A stretch of DNA of 64,000 bases from Chloroflexota bacterium (GCA_963662335.2 CAXXVD010000002.1:704001-768000); one strand, 5' to 3'; counted from the stretch's first letter, positions 1 through 9,072 are shown. Notes: generated from the letters alone by a model not told the origin. Translations and numbers: made by a program.

Positions 1-1014
1 GATGCCCACCATGTGCTCCACCAGCCCCCACGTAGCCGCGTCCCGGCTGCGCGGCAGCGTGACCAGTTCCAACGCTGCCCGGCCGGTGCCGCGCCAGAAG
101 GGTTCCGCTCGCACAAGGCTGCCCGACATCGCGATCTGGCCGGAGAGCAGCATCTCCTGGGCTTTGTTCGTGAGGTTGAGCGTGAGGTTGTCCGCGCGGT
201 AGTCCACCAACTCGAAGGGCGGCGCCACTTCATGGTTCAGGATGAGGTCCGCTTGAAACTGCAACGCGGCGATAACGCCCGGGTGCGTAACCTCCCAGTT
301 GCGGTCCTGGAAGAGCGTGCTCCCTTCCTGCCAGGCCAGGGCAAAGAACGGCGGCACGAGCGGCGCTTGCAGAAAGCCCCACACGCGCGGCGTGCCGGTG
401 GCGTCGTTGAGCGAGCGCGCCAGCGCGAGGAAGTCCGTCCAGCGCCAGGTGGCCTCCGGCAGGGGCGTGTTCGTCTGCGTGAAGAGCGCCGGGTTATAGA
501 GCAGCGTGCAGACGGCCGCGGAGAGCGGCAGCGCGTGCAGCGTTCCCCGGTACGCGCCGCTGCTCAGGACGTGGGGCCAGTAGCGTTCGGTGGAAAAGTC
601 CATGTCGCGGCGGGTGTATTCGGTCAGGGAGCGCGTCACGCCTTGTGAAGCCAGCGTCGGCAGCGCGAACTGGTCCATCCAGACCAAATCGGGCCTGGTG
701 CCCGCCGCCACCAGATTCGTCACCGCTTCCGAATACGTCTGGCCGCCGGTAGGCCGCAGCGCCACCGCCTCCACCACATGCGCCGCGGCAAAGATTGCTT
801 CTTCCAGCACTGCCCCCATGGCGCGGGTCTGGCCGCCGGAGGCGTCGGGCATGAGGAGGGTCAGCGGTGTCGCGGGCTCGGCTGTGGGCGGAGTCTGGGC
901 GGCCTCTTCCGCATCGGAATCATCCGATCTGAAAGGCCCGCACGCCTGCAACAGCGGCGCAAATGCCGCCGCAGAAACGAAGGGCGCCGCGCGAAGCAGC
1001 TTCCGTCGCGTCAC
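1..1014 (-). CDS. ABC transporter extracellular solute-binding lipoprotein, family 1 (runs off the window edge)
   Basis: Translated by hand (not in ORF track): GTG at 1014 with GGAGG at 1025-1029. Reads VTRRKLLRAAPFVSAAAFAPLLQACG (twin-Arg plus lipobox), then AAGTRPDLVW, LHALP and LLYNPALF. Confidence 0.85.
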   Translation of the reverse strand, partial: MTRRKLLRAAPFVSAAAFAPLLQACGPFRSDDSDAEEAAQTPPTAEPATPLTLLMPDASGGQTRAMGAVLEEAIFAAAHVVEAVALRPTGGQTYSEAVTNLVAAGTRPDLVWMDQFALPTLASQGVTRSLTEYTRRDMDFSTERYWPHVLSSGAYRGTLHALPLSAAVCTLLYNPALFTQTNTPLPEATWRWTDFLALARSLNDATGTPRVWGFLQAPLVPPFFALAWQEGSTLFQDRNWEVTHPGVIAALQFQADLILNHEVAPPFELVDYRADNLTLNLTNKAQEMLLSGQIAMSGSLVRAEPFWRGTGRAALELVTLPRSRDAATWGLVEHMVGI

Positions 1015-1334
1015 TGTGGCCTTGCCTCCATGCAGCCCGGGTACGCTCTTTGCGTCGCAGCGGTCTCGTTCAAACGTGCGCGGCGCACGCGCGGCAATCC
1101 GGTTGCGCGCCGCTTCCGCTCAAACCGGAGATTGCTCCATGCTCTCTAGTATGCGGGAGAAAGCTGGGAATTTCCTGAGATTCTGAGGGAAAACTGTGTA
1201 TTTGGGTGCTTAAGTCACGTCGCGTTGCACGCTTGACCGCCCAAAGCAGCGCGCTGCCCCAGGCAGGGAAGCGGCGCACTGTTCTTTCGCATTCTATCAT
1301 GCGGGCAACGGCGGGCGCAGGCCAGGCAACGCGG

Positions 1335-2597
1335 TCAAAGCTCGCGGGCGCCGATGTCGCTGCGGGAGTAGGCGTTCTCAAACGAGACGCGCGCGAGGTT
1401 GTCGTAGGCGCGGGCGCGGGCGTGGGGCACGTTGGCGGCTTGCCCGACGGTCAGCAACACCCGGCCGCCGGCGGTGACGACCGTGTCGTCTGACAAGGCG
1501 GTACCGGCGTGGAAGAGCAACGCGTCGTCATCCAGCGTATCCAGTCCCGCTATGGGATGGCCGGTGGTATAGGAACCGGGATAGCCGCCGGAAGCAAGCA
1601 CCACGCCGCAGGTAGCGGCCGGATCCCAGGTCACGTCCGTCTCCGCCAGCCTGCCATCCACCGCGGCCTGAAACACCGCAACCAGGTCGGCCTGCAAGCG
1701 CGGCAGGATGAGTTGCGCCTCCGGATCGCCGAAACGCACGTTGAACTCCACGATGCGCGGGCCGTCGTGGGTGAGCATCAGTTGCCCGTAGAGCACACCG
1801 GCGTAGGGGCGGCCTTCCTGCGCCATGAGCGTGATTGTGCGCGCCATGATGTCGTGGTGGATGTAGTCAAGGGTCTCCGGGTCCACGAACGGAGCCGGCG
1901 AATAGCCGCCCATGCCGCCGGTATTGGGGCCGGCATCGCCGTCGAACGCGCGCTTGTAGTCGCAGGCGGTGGCCAGCGGCGTGATGCGCGCGCCGTCGGC
2001 AAAGGCGAAGACCGAAATTTCCGTGCCGCGCAGGCACTCCTCGATGACGATGCGGTCGCCGGATGCGCCAAAGGCCCGGTCTGACATGATGGTGTCCAGC
2101 GCCCGCATAGCCTCCGCGCGCGAAGAGCAGACGAAGACGCCCTTGCCGGCGGTCAGGCCGTCGGGCTTGAGCACGATTTCCCGGTCCGGCGCTTGCTCGA
2201 TGTAGGCGGCCGCCGCGTTCCGCTCGTTGAAAATGGCAAAGCCGGCCGTGGGCAGGCCGTGCCGCCGCATGAACTCCTTGGCCCAGACCTTGCTCCACTC
2301 CAGTTTAGCCGCCGCCTGCGTGGGGCCGAATGCGCGCTGGCCGCAGGCTTGTAGTGCGTCAACTGCGCCGAGTGCCAGGGGGTCGTCTTGGGCCACCACC
2401 GTGAGGTCGATGGCGTTTTGCCGCACCCAGGCGACGAGAGAATCGATGTCGGTCGCCGCAATGGGCACGTTCTCTCCCAGAGCCGCCGTGCCGGCGTTAC
2501 CGGGGGCAACGAAGAGGGTCGGCTGGAGGGGACTCTGGGCGCATTTCCAGGCAATGGCGTGCTCACGTCCGCCCCCGCCGACAATCAGAATGCGCAT
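1335..2597 (-). CDS. purD: phosphoribosylamine--glycine ligase
   Basis: MRILIVGGGGREHAIAW, KPDGLTAGKGV, DYKRAFDGDAGPNTGGMG, EFNVRFGDPEAQ, TAGGRVL. Confidence 0.97.
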   Translation of the reverse strand: MRILIVGGGGREHAIAWKCAQSPLQPTLFVAPGNAGTAALGENVPIAATDIDSLVAWVRQNAIDLTVVAQDDPLALGAVDALQACGQRAFGPTQAAAKLEWSKVWAKEFMRRHGLPTAGFAIFNERNAAAAYIEQAPDREIVLKPDGLTAGKGVFVCSSRAEAMRALDTIMSDRAFGASGDRIVIEECLRGTEISVFAFADGARITPLATACDYKRAFDGDAGPNTGGMGGYSPAPFVDPETLDYIHHDIMARTITLMAQEGRPYAGVLYGQLMLTHDGPRIVEFNVRFGDPEAQLILPRLQADLVAVFQAAVDGRLAETDVTWDPAATCGVVLASGGYPGSYTTGHPIAGLDTLDDDALLFHAGTALSDDTVVTAGGRVLLTVGQAANVPHARARAYDNLARVSFENAYSRSDIGAREL

Positions 2598-2604
2598 AAC
2601 CCGC

Positions 2605-2988
2605 TTACTCCAGCGCTAGCTGACCCGCGCGAAAGTCGATGGTCAAGCGCCTGCCGCGCAGGAAGTCCAGGCCCAAGACCCCGTCAATGGCGGCGCGGGA
2701 CGGCAGCGTGTGGCAGAGCACGGGCACGTTCGTTAGCGCTTTCCCCAACGCTTCGAGCCTATCAATCTTCAGCAAGGGCACTGAAATCGCACCGCTGCCA
2801 GTGATAATGCGCGTCCGTCTATCTGACTCGGCAGGCTCGTAGCCGAGATGGAGCGCAATTTGCCGGCTAATGACCGTCCTCGTAGCGCCGGTGTCTAACC
2901 CCAGACGGACGGTTTCAGGGCGTTTGCCAAGATAGAGAGTGGCAGGAACGACGATGAGACTGCCGCGCGGATCGAAGCTGTAGGTCAT
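2605..2988 (-). CDS. retropepsin-like (clan AA) aspartic protease, copy P3
   Basis: 127 aa from ATG 2988; LDTGAT catalytic motif, TGSG flap, DGVLGLDFL; ATGA overlap with upstream small gene. Confidence 0.9.
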   Translation of the reverse strand: MTYSFDPRGSLIVVPATLYLGKRPETVRLGLDTGATRTVISRQIALHLGYEPAESDRRTRIITGSGAISVPLLKIDRLEALGKALTNVPVLCHTLPSRAAIDGVLGLDFLRGRRLTIDFRAGQLALE

Positions 2989-3236
2989 AGGAGGAATTCT
3001 ACATCGTTCGGCAACTCGCCAAAGTACCACACGGCAACGTGACTCGGTTCACGGCCCTCCTCGCGCAGACGCCTCAGCGCGCCATAGACGGCGACCCGGT
3101 CCTCATCGTGGGCGAGCACAACGCCGCGTATCACCTCGCTCATGGGTGTCAGGTCCGGTTCGCCGATCAGCACCCACTCGCCGCCATAGGCCGCTTCCAT
3201 CTCGGCGTAGGTCATGACGGTTGCTTGTGTTTTCAT
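2985..3236 (-). CDS. small DUF5678-like protein, copy A5
   Basis: 83 aa, YGGEWVLI...GVVLAHD..R..VY...DVEFLL; GAGGAG RBS; one of five paralogs. Confidence 0.8.
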   Translation of the reverse strand: MKTQATVMTYAEMEAAYGGEWVLIGEPDLTPMSEVIRGVVLAHDEDRVAVYGALRRLREEGREPSHVAVWYFGELPNDVEFLL

Positions 3237-3252
3237 AGTATGGTCGCTCCTC

Positions 3253-3288
3253 GATTGGGTTTCTGCGCGGATTCAACGGGAAACTCAT
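3253..3288 (-). pseudogene. N-terminal stub of a deleted retropepsin gene
   Basis: ATGA-coupled to the A4 stop; MSFPLNPRRNPI resembles protease N-termini MTFRFNPRAHLI and MAYSFNPRDGLI, then runs straight into the RBS of A5. Confidence 0.6.
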
Positions 3289-3536
3289 AGTAGGAATTCA
3301 ACGTCATTCGGCCTCTCACCGATGAAGTGGACGGCAATATCGCTAGGCGCGCGTCCCTGCGCTTGCAGTTGCCACAGCGCCTCGTAGACGGCGATCCGGT
3401 CCTGGTCGTGCGCAAGCACGACGCCGCGTATTATCTGAAGCATCGGCGTCAAGTCTGGATCGCCAACCAGCACCCACTCGCGGTCAAAGGCCGCTTCCAT
3501 CTCGGCGTAGGTCATAACGGTTGCTTGCGTCTTCAT
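3285..3536 (-). CDS. small DUF5678-like protein, copy A4
   Basis: 83 aa from ATG 3536 (AAGGAG RBS): MKTQATVMTYAEMEAAFDREWVLV...DVEFLL. Confidence 0.8.
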   Translation of the reverse strand: MKTQATVMTYAEMEAAFDREWVLVGDPDLTPMLQIIRGVVLAHDQDRIAVYEALWQLQAQGRAPSDIAVHFIGERPNDVEFLL

Positions 3537-3667
3537 GGTATGGCCGCTCCTTATGCGCTCCCTGCGATAGTAGCAGAGATTCTGCTCTACTGTGGGCTTG
3601 GGTGGCCCACGAGCCAGCAATGGCCCCTGGATGCCGAACGCCGCTTTTGCAGCTGCCATAGGCCCAT

Positions 3668-4051
3668 TCAATCCAGCGAAAGTAGACCCGCGCGAAAGTC
3701 GATGGTCAAGCGGCCGCCACGTAGGAAATCTAACCCTAACACGCCGTCGATGGCAGTTTGCGAAGGGAGGGTGTGGCAGAGAATGCGCGCGTCGGTTGCT
3801 TCCTTGCCGAGCGCCTCGATCTTCTCAATCTCCAGCATGGGTACGGACAAAGCGCCGCTCCCCGTGAGGATTCGGGCCCGGTCGCGCGCACGAGACGGCT
3901 CGTAGCCCAAGGAAATTGCGACTGAACTGCTTATCAGCGTGCGCGTAGCGCCGGTGTCCAGCGCCAGTCGCAAGACCTCAACACGACCGCCGCGGTAGAG
4001 CCGGGCCGGAACGACGATGAGATGGGCGCGTGGATTGAAACGGAACGTCAT
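3668..4051 (-). CDS. retropepsin-like aspartic protease, copy P2
   Basis: 127 aa; LDTGAT, TGSG, DGVLGLDFL; ATGA overlap with A3. Confidence 0.9.
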   Translation of the reverse strand: MTFRFNPRAHLIVVPARLYRGGRVEVLRLALDTGATRTLISSSVAISLGYEPSRARDRARILTGSGALSVPMLEIEKIEALGKEATDARILCHTLPSQTAIDGVLGLDFLRGGRLTIDFRAGLLSLD

Positions 4052-4299
4052 AGGAGGAAATCAACATCATCCGGCGCCTCGCCAAAGTACCACACGGCGA
4101 ATTCATTGGGCGCAATTCCGGCTTCTTGCAAGCGCCACAGCGCCTCATACACGGCTTCCCGGTTCCCGTCATGGGCGAGCACGGCGCCGCTGATGATCTC
4201 CAGCATAGGAGTGAGATCCGGCTCGCCAACCAGCACCCACTCGCCGTCGTAGGCCGCTTCCATTTCGGCGTAGGTCATGACGGTTGCTTGGGTCTTCAT
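4048..4299 (-). CDS. small DUF5678-like protein, copy A3
   Basis: 83 aa from ATG 4299 (AAGGAG RBS): MKTQATVMTYAEMEAAYDGEWVLV...DVDFLL. Confidence 0.8.
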   Translation of the reverse strand: MKTQATVMTYAEMEAAYDGEWVLVGEPDLTPMLEIISGAVLAHDGNREAVYEALWRLQEAGIAPNEFAVWYFGEAPDDVDFLL

Positions 4300-4326
4300 G
4301 GTACGGTCGCTCCTTACTTCCTCAAC

Positions 4327-4433
4327 TAGGATTGCAGCGGTTGCTGCTGTCGCCCGTAACTTCCAATTGTAGTCCAAGAATTGTGTCGGGCACGATCATA
4401 GGGCCTATGCGGAGGGTTAGTGGTTTCAGTCAA
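4327..4433 (-). pseudogene. frameshifted, truncated retropepsin remnant
   Basis: TAG-A-TTG junction mirrors TAG-A-ATG of A1/P1. Fragments MIVPDTILGLQLEVTGD and TAATAAIL align to P1 IVVPVTLYGPQREVTVE and TGATATVV in different frames. Confidence 0.65.
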
Positions 4434-4434
4434 T

Positions 4435-4671
4435 CTACAACACGAAGTGCAAGTCTGCCGGCGGCGCGCCGATGTAGAGAATTGCGACGCGACTGAGATC
4501 GCGCTGAGCTGCTTCGCGGTACACTGCTTCCCGGCTCTTGCTGTGGGCCAACACGGTGCCGCGAATTATCCCGTTCATGTCGGTGAGTTCGGGGTCGTCG
4601 ATCAGCACCCACTCGCCGTCATAGGCCGCTTCCATCTCAGCGTAAGTCATCATGGTTGATTGCGTCTTCAT
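4435..4671 (-). CDS. small DUF5678-like protein, copy A2
   Basis: 78 aa: YDGEWVLIDDP...GTVLAHSKSREAVY...DLHFVL; AAGGAG RBS. Confidence 0.8.
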   Translation of the reverse strand: MKTQSTMMTYAEMEAAYDGEWVLIDDPELTDMNGIIRGTVLAHSKSREAVYREAAQRDLSRVAILYIGAPPADLHFVL

Positions 4672-4745
4672 TCAATCGTGCTCCTTATGTCCTCGTTTGG
4701 ATGATAGCAGACAGTCCACCATTTGTGCGGCTGCCATTGGGCCAT

Positions 4746-5129
4746 TCAATCTAGCGAAAGTGCGCCTGCGCGAAAGTCGATGAGCAGCCTTCCCCCGCGC
4801 AGGAAATCCAATCCCAACACGCCGTCTATGGCAGTGCGAGGCGGTAGCGTATGGCACAGAATCGAAAAGTCGGATTCCGCTTTTCCCAAGGCGTGGACGC
4901 TCGCTAGGCTTACCTCCAGCACCGACTCTAGGCCGCTGCCAGTAGTTATCTCCGCCGGTGTTCCTTCCTCGTCTAGTTGGCATCCAACATATTCGAGCGC
5001 ACTGCGCTTGACTACTGTTGCGGTAGCTCCGGTGTCAAGAGCGAGTTCGACTGTTACTTCTCGTTGCGGCCCGTAGAGGGTGACAGGTACGACGATTAGG
5101 CCGTCGCGGGGGTTGAAAGAGTAGGCCAT
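4746..5129 (-). CDS. retropepsin-like aspartic protease, copy P1
   Basis: 127 aa; LDTGAT, TGSG, DGVLGLDFL. Confidence 0.9.
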   Translation of the reverse strand: MAYSFNPRDGLIVVPVTLYGPQREVTVELALDTGATATVVKRSALEYVGCQLDEEGTPAEITTGSGLESVLEVSLASVHALGKAESDFSILCHTLPPRTAIDGVLGLDFLRGGRLLIDFRAGALSLD

Positions 5130-5130
5130 T

Positions 5131-5367
5131 CTACAAGAGAAAGTCTACGTCTGTCGGGCGGGCGCCCATGTAGAGAATGGCCGCCCGCTTTTGGCTGCGC
5201 CTCATTGCTTCGCGGTACACGGCATCCTGGCTCTTGCTATGGAAGAGCACCGTGCCTCGGCGCACCTCATTCATCGCCGAAAGCTCGGGTTCGCCAATCA
5301 GTACCCACTCGCCGTCGTAGGCGGCTTCCATCTCAGCGTAGGTCATTACGGCCGTTTCTGTCGCCAT
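5131..5367 (-). CDS. small DUF5678-like protein, copy A1
   Basis: 78 aa from ATG 5367 with AAGGAGG RBS: MATETAVMTYAEMEAAYDGEWVLI...DVDFLL. Confidence 0.8.
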   Translation of the reverse strand: MATETAVMTYAEMEAAYDGEWVLIGEPELSAMNEVRRGTVLFHSKSQDAVYREAMRRSQKRAAILYMGARPTDVDFLL

Positions 5368-5554
5368 GGCGGATTTCCTCCTTCGTGTAGTCTCGTTAAT
5401 GCTATCAGATAGGACGCGGCGCGTGCGCGCCGGCCGCCAAAATTGGAAAGCCGTGCGCTCCGGGCGCAGATTGACTGGTCTGTGCAACACTAATAGCGCT
5501 CGCCGGATTGAGCCTGGCACACACGCGCCGCGGCCACGGGACCGGCCGCCGCTT

Positions 5555-5563
5555 TGCTATACT
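5555..5563 (+). promoter_or_regulatory. extended -10 promoter element
   Basis: TGcTATACT about 100 bp upstream of the proX-like gene. Confidence 0.4.
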
Positions 5564-5664
5564 GGCCGGGTGGAATAGCCGCGCCCGTGCGGCCCGACGC
5601 CGGTCCAAGTAACGGAACACCGGGTCCCCCCGCACCGGCTATGAAGAACAAGAGGAGACGAACC

Positions 5665-6705
5665 ATGCGCATCCAAAGCAACTTACGTGTGCTACTGGCG
5701 GCAATCGCGGCCGTTGTCTTGGCCGTGGGCTGTATGCAGGCGCCGCCGCGGGACCAGGATGAGCCGGCGGCGCAGCCGGAAGCCATCATCTTCAACGACC
5801 TCAACTGGGATAGCGCCCGCGTGCAGAACCGCATCGCGCAGTACATCGTGGAAAAGGGCTACGGCTACGCCACCGGCGTGGTGGCCGGGCCGTCGGTGCC
5901 GTTGCTGGAGGGTCTCCGGCGGGGCGAGAGCCACGTGACGATGGAAGTCTGGCTGCCAAACCAGAGTGAGGCCTGGGAAGCGGCGGTGGCGGCGGGAGAA
6001 GCGGCGGCCGTGGGCGAGAGCCTGCAAGGCATCGCGCAGGCCACGTTCATGATCCCGGCGTATCTCCAGGAAGCATATCCGGAGCTAGACAGTGTTGAGG
6101 ACTTGAAAGAGGAGCAATATCGAGCACTGTTCGCCACTGCGGAGAGCGAGGGCAAGATTCGCCTGCTAACCTGTCCGCCCGGCTGGGCCTGCGAGGCCGT
6201 GAACGCGGCGAAAGTGGCGGGCTACGGGCTGAGCGACCACGTGCAGATCGTCGTGCCGGAATCCGATGCGGCATTGAACGATGAGGTGTTTGCCCGCTAC
6301 GCGGCCGGCGAACCGTGGCTTGGCTACCTTTCCGGTGAAATGCCCGCCGCGCTCAAGTTGGACATGGTCGCGCTGCAAGAACCGCCCTACAGCGACGAGT
6401 GCTGGGCCTCGACCAAGGCCTGCGCGTATGAGGATACGACGCTGGTGATTGGGGTCGGCGCCGCCCTGCTTAGCGACGCGCCGGACGTGGTGGCCGTGCT
6501 GCAAAACTGGGACCTGAGCATCGAGCGCTACCGCGCCGTGGCGGTCTGGCAGATCGACAACGAGGCCAGTGTGGAGGAGACCGCTCTCTGGTGGCTGCAA
6601 AACAACGGTGACGTTTGGCGCGAATGGGTCACGGCGGAAGCGGCAACCGCCATCCAGGCCGCCTTGGACGCCGGCGAGCGCGCGGACGGCTGGCCGGCGG
6701 AGTAG
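5665..6705 (+). CDS. glycine betaine/proline ABC transporter substrate-binding lipoprotein (ProX/OpuAC family)
   Basis: lipobox LAVGC; DLNWDSARVQN, MEVWLPN, CPPGWAC; AGGAG RBS before ATG 5665. Confidence 0.88.
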   Translation: MRIQSNLRVLLAAIAAVVLAVGCMQAPPRDQDEPAAQPEAIIFNDLNWDSARVQNRIAQYIVEKGYGYATGVVAGPSVPLLEGLRRGESHVTMEVWLPNQSEAWEAAVAAGEAAAVGESLQGIAQATFMIPAYLQEAYPELDSVEDLKEEQYRALFATAESEGKIRLLTCPPGWACEAVNAAKVAGYGLSDHVQIVVPESDAALNDEVFARYAAGEPWLGYLSGEMPAALKLDMVALQEPPYSDECWASTKACAYEDTTLVIGVGAALLSDAPDVVAVLQNWDLSIERYRAVAVWQIDNEASVEETALWWLQNNGDVWREWVTAEAATAIQAALDAGERADGWPAE

Positions 6706-6713
6706 CCCGGCAT

Positions 6714-6748
6714 TCCCTCTCCTGGGGAGAGGGTTAGAGCGAGGGGGA
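6714..6748. repeat. REP-like hairpin (CCCTCTCC...GGAGAGGG family)
   Basis: ccctctcctggggagaggg; related copies near 31313, 43087 and 56028. Confidence 0.6.
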
Positions 6749-6767
6749 TTGAGCAGAAGCAAGCGTG

Positions 6768-6797
6768 TTGACAACATTGCTGCGCTACCGCTATAAC
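6768..6797 (+). promoter_or_regulatory. sigma70-type promoter
   Basis: TTGACA (6768-6773), 18 bp spacer, TATAAC (6792-6797), upstream of a solute-binding protein gene. Confidence 0.6.
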
Positions 6798-6842
6798 AGG
6801 GAATGACGTACAGTCTTGCCAGACCACAGGAGGGATAGCGAA

Positions 6843-8216
6843 ATGCGACAGCGTGTGACCCGACGAGGATTCTTGTATGGCGCGGCGCTGGTCGGCGGCG
6901 GCGCGCTGGCGGCGGCGTGCGGACAAGCGGCGCCGGCCGCCGAGCAGGCGGAGGCCGCCCCGGAGCAGGCCGACGCGCCCAAAGCCGAAACCGAAGCGCC
7001 CAGCGGCCCGCAAGGCGAGGCGCTCTACTGGCACCGCGGCTTCTTCGACTTCGAGCCGTGGGCCAAGGAGTTTGCGGAGCTGAACCCCGGCTTGACGCTC
7101 AACGCCGTGGGTGAAGCCGACCGCCTGAACAAATTCGTCGCGGCCGTGGCGGCGGGCAGCCCGCCCGACGCCGTGGACGTAGGCGACTGGCAGACCGTAG
7201 AGCTTGGCGTCACGGACATTTCGCAGCCGCTGAACAACTACTACAAGGCGTCCGGCGTGCTCAACCTCGCCGAGTTTTGGCCCAGCGTGCTCAGCTACCT
7301 CAACGACGCGCCCACGGGCAACATGTACGGCGCGCCCTACGCGCCCGACCTGCGCGTGATGTACATCCACGGGGACACCTATCTGGAAGTGGGACTTGAC
7401 CCGGAAAATCCCCCAACGAGTTGGGCCGACTTCGACACCGCCATCATCCAGACCACCAAGTTCGACGGCGAGACCCTGGTGCGCGCCGGCTGCCCGCCCT
7501 TCTGGGGCAGCGGCGGCACGGGCCTGTGGCTGCTGCTGCTGTGGCAGTTGGGCGGCGACGTGATGGCCGACGACTGGTCCGCGGTTACCATCAATAGCCA
7601 GGAAGCGGTGCGCGCGTTGGACTGGCTGAAGAACATCCACGAGGTGCAGGGCGGTTGGGACGCGATTGCGCAACTGCGCGGCGACGGCCTGCACCGCAAC
7701 AGCCACCTGGCCGAGGCGCGCGCCGTGCACTACTACGCCACCTTTGCCGAGCGCGGCCAGTGGTTCAAGGAGAACGCCCCGGACTTGAACTTCGGCTTCA
7801 CGCCGTGGCCCAAACCGGAAGGCGGCCTGGACGCCAACCTGGGCGGCAACCACACGGCCACGTTTGCCATCAACGCGCCGAACCCGGACGCGATGTTCGC
7901 CTATTTCGAGTACTTCTTGAGCGCCGACACCAACCTGCGCTTTGCCAAGCAGTACGACCGGGTGCCGGTGCGCGAGGCGACCACCTCCTCGCCGGATTAC
8001 ACGGAGAATGACCCGTTCCGCGAACTGATCGCCCAGCAGATGCCGTTCCGCCACTTCTACTATTCCGGGCCGGGCGGCACCGAGGCGCGCAGACACGCGG
8101 TGGGCTTCGTGCCGGACGTGATGGCGGGCACTATCACCGCGCCGGAGGCGCTGGCAGCCGCTGAAAAGTCAATCACGGAACTGCTGGCCGGCTGGAACGA
8201 ACGGCTGGGCCGGTAG
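6843..8216 (+). CDS. ABC transporter extracellular solute-binding lipoprotein, family 1
   Basis: TRRGFL twin-Arg, LAAACG lipobox, AAGSPPD, GLDPENPPTSW. Confidence 0.88.
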   Translation: MRQRVTRRGFLYGAALVGGGALAAACGQAAPAAEQAEAAPEQADAPKAETEAPSGPQGEALYWHRGFFDFEPWAKEFAELNPGLTLNAVGEADRLNKFVAAVAAGSPPDAVDVGDWQTVELGVTDISQPLNNYYKASGVLNLAEFWPSVLSYLNDAPTGNMYGAPYAPDLRVMYIHGDTYLEVGLDPENPPTSWADFDTAIIQTTKFDGETLVRAGCPPFWGSGGTGLWLLLLWQLGGDVMADDWSAVTINSQEAVRALDWLKNIHEVQGGWDAIAQLRGDGLHRNSHLAEARAVHYYATFAERGQWFKENAPDLNFGFTPWPKPEGGLDANLGGNHTATFAINAPNPDAMFAYFEYFLSADTNLRFAKQYDRVPVREATTSSPDYTENDPFRELIAQQMPFRHFYYSGPGGTEARRHAVGFVPDVMAGTITAPEALAAAEKSITELLAGWNERLGR

Positions 8217-8266
8217 CGACCGGGCCGGACGTTCGTCTGCGGCCAAAGCGCGCGTAGAACAGAACC

Positions 8267-8423
8267 GTAGGGGCAGCCCTTGTGGCTGCCCCTATTGCAC
8301 TAGGCCTTGTGCCAGGAATCCAAGAGGGCAGCCACAAGGGCTGCCCCTACTTCACTAGGCCTTGTGCCAAGGCGCCAAGACGGGCAGCCACAAGGGCTGC
8401 CCCTACCGCACTGCACTAGGCCT
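8267..8423. repeat. GTAG-type REP-like palindromes with ~56 bp tandem duplication
   Basis: gtaggggcagcccttgtggctgcccct followed by two inverted copies gggcagccacaagggctgcccctac, each preceded by cactaggccttgtgcca. Confidence 0.8.
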
Positions 8424-8431
8424 GTCGCGCG

Positions 8432-8848
8432 CTATGAGAACGACACGCACGCGGCGCCCACCGCGCGCAGCACCGTTTCCTGGCCGAAGCGGGTCTCGTA
8501 TGCCTGCGAAATCTCGTCGGTCAAGCGCATGCCTTCTTCACCGGGCGGCGCGAGTATGATCAGCACCTTAGTGCGCTCGCGTTGGACGACGCCGGCGGAG
8601 TCCCGCCACTGGCCGGCGCCGTCGACCACGGTCAGCCCATCGGGAAATCTGGGCGTGACCGTGTCCGCCAGGAAGGCGGCCCAGGCTTCGTCGCTCACCA
8701 CCTCCACGCCGGCGCTGCTGCGCCCGAAGAAGAGCCGGTATTCGGTAAAGGCGTCCGTGCCCTCCGGGCAGGCGGACACCGGGTACGCGCCGCACCCCGC
8801 GAGCAGGAAGACGGCGATCAACACCAGGGCGGATTGCAATGTACGCAC
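8432..8848 (-). CDS. DUF3574 family lipoprotein
   Basis: LLAGC lipobox; LFFGRS, VSDEAWAAFL..VTPRFPDGLTV.D..GQWR; start uncertain (8848 or 8890). Confidence 0.8.
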   Translation of the reverse strand: MRTLQSALVLIAVFLLAGCGAYPVSACPEGTDAFTEYRLFFGRSSAGVEVVSDEAWAAFLADTVTPRFPDGLTVVDGAGQWRDSAGVVQRERTKVLIILAPPGEEGMRLTDEISQAYETRFGQETVLRAVGAACVSFS

Positions 8849-9072
8849 AAGCCATTCTCCAATGCATTCGCTGCCGGCTCGGTCCGACACTGGGGCACAA
8901 TCACCGACCGTAGGACGGTTCTAGACGCGCATCGTGCCCGGTATCGCGGGCGCGCGGTTCACAAAGCGCGCATGAAATTCCGTAGTGACCGCAGGCGGCC
9001 GGGCGTATCGCCGCGACGCTGTTCGATTCCCTAATACGAAAGTCCGCAATTGTGCCTGCACACAGTATACTA

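Noticed and set aside
2605-5367. Retroelement or gag-pro origin of the protease array
   Set aside because: No reverse transcriptase, integrase, LTR-like repeats or capsid-like ORF nearby; stand-alone clan AA proteases are common in bacteria.
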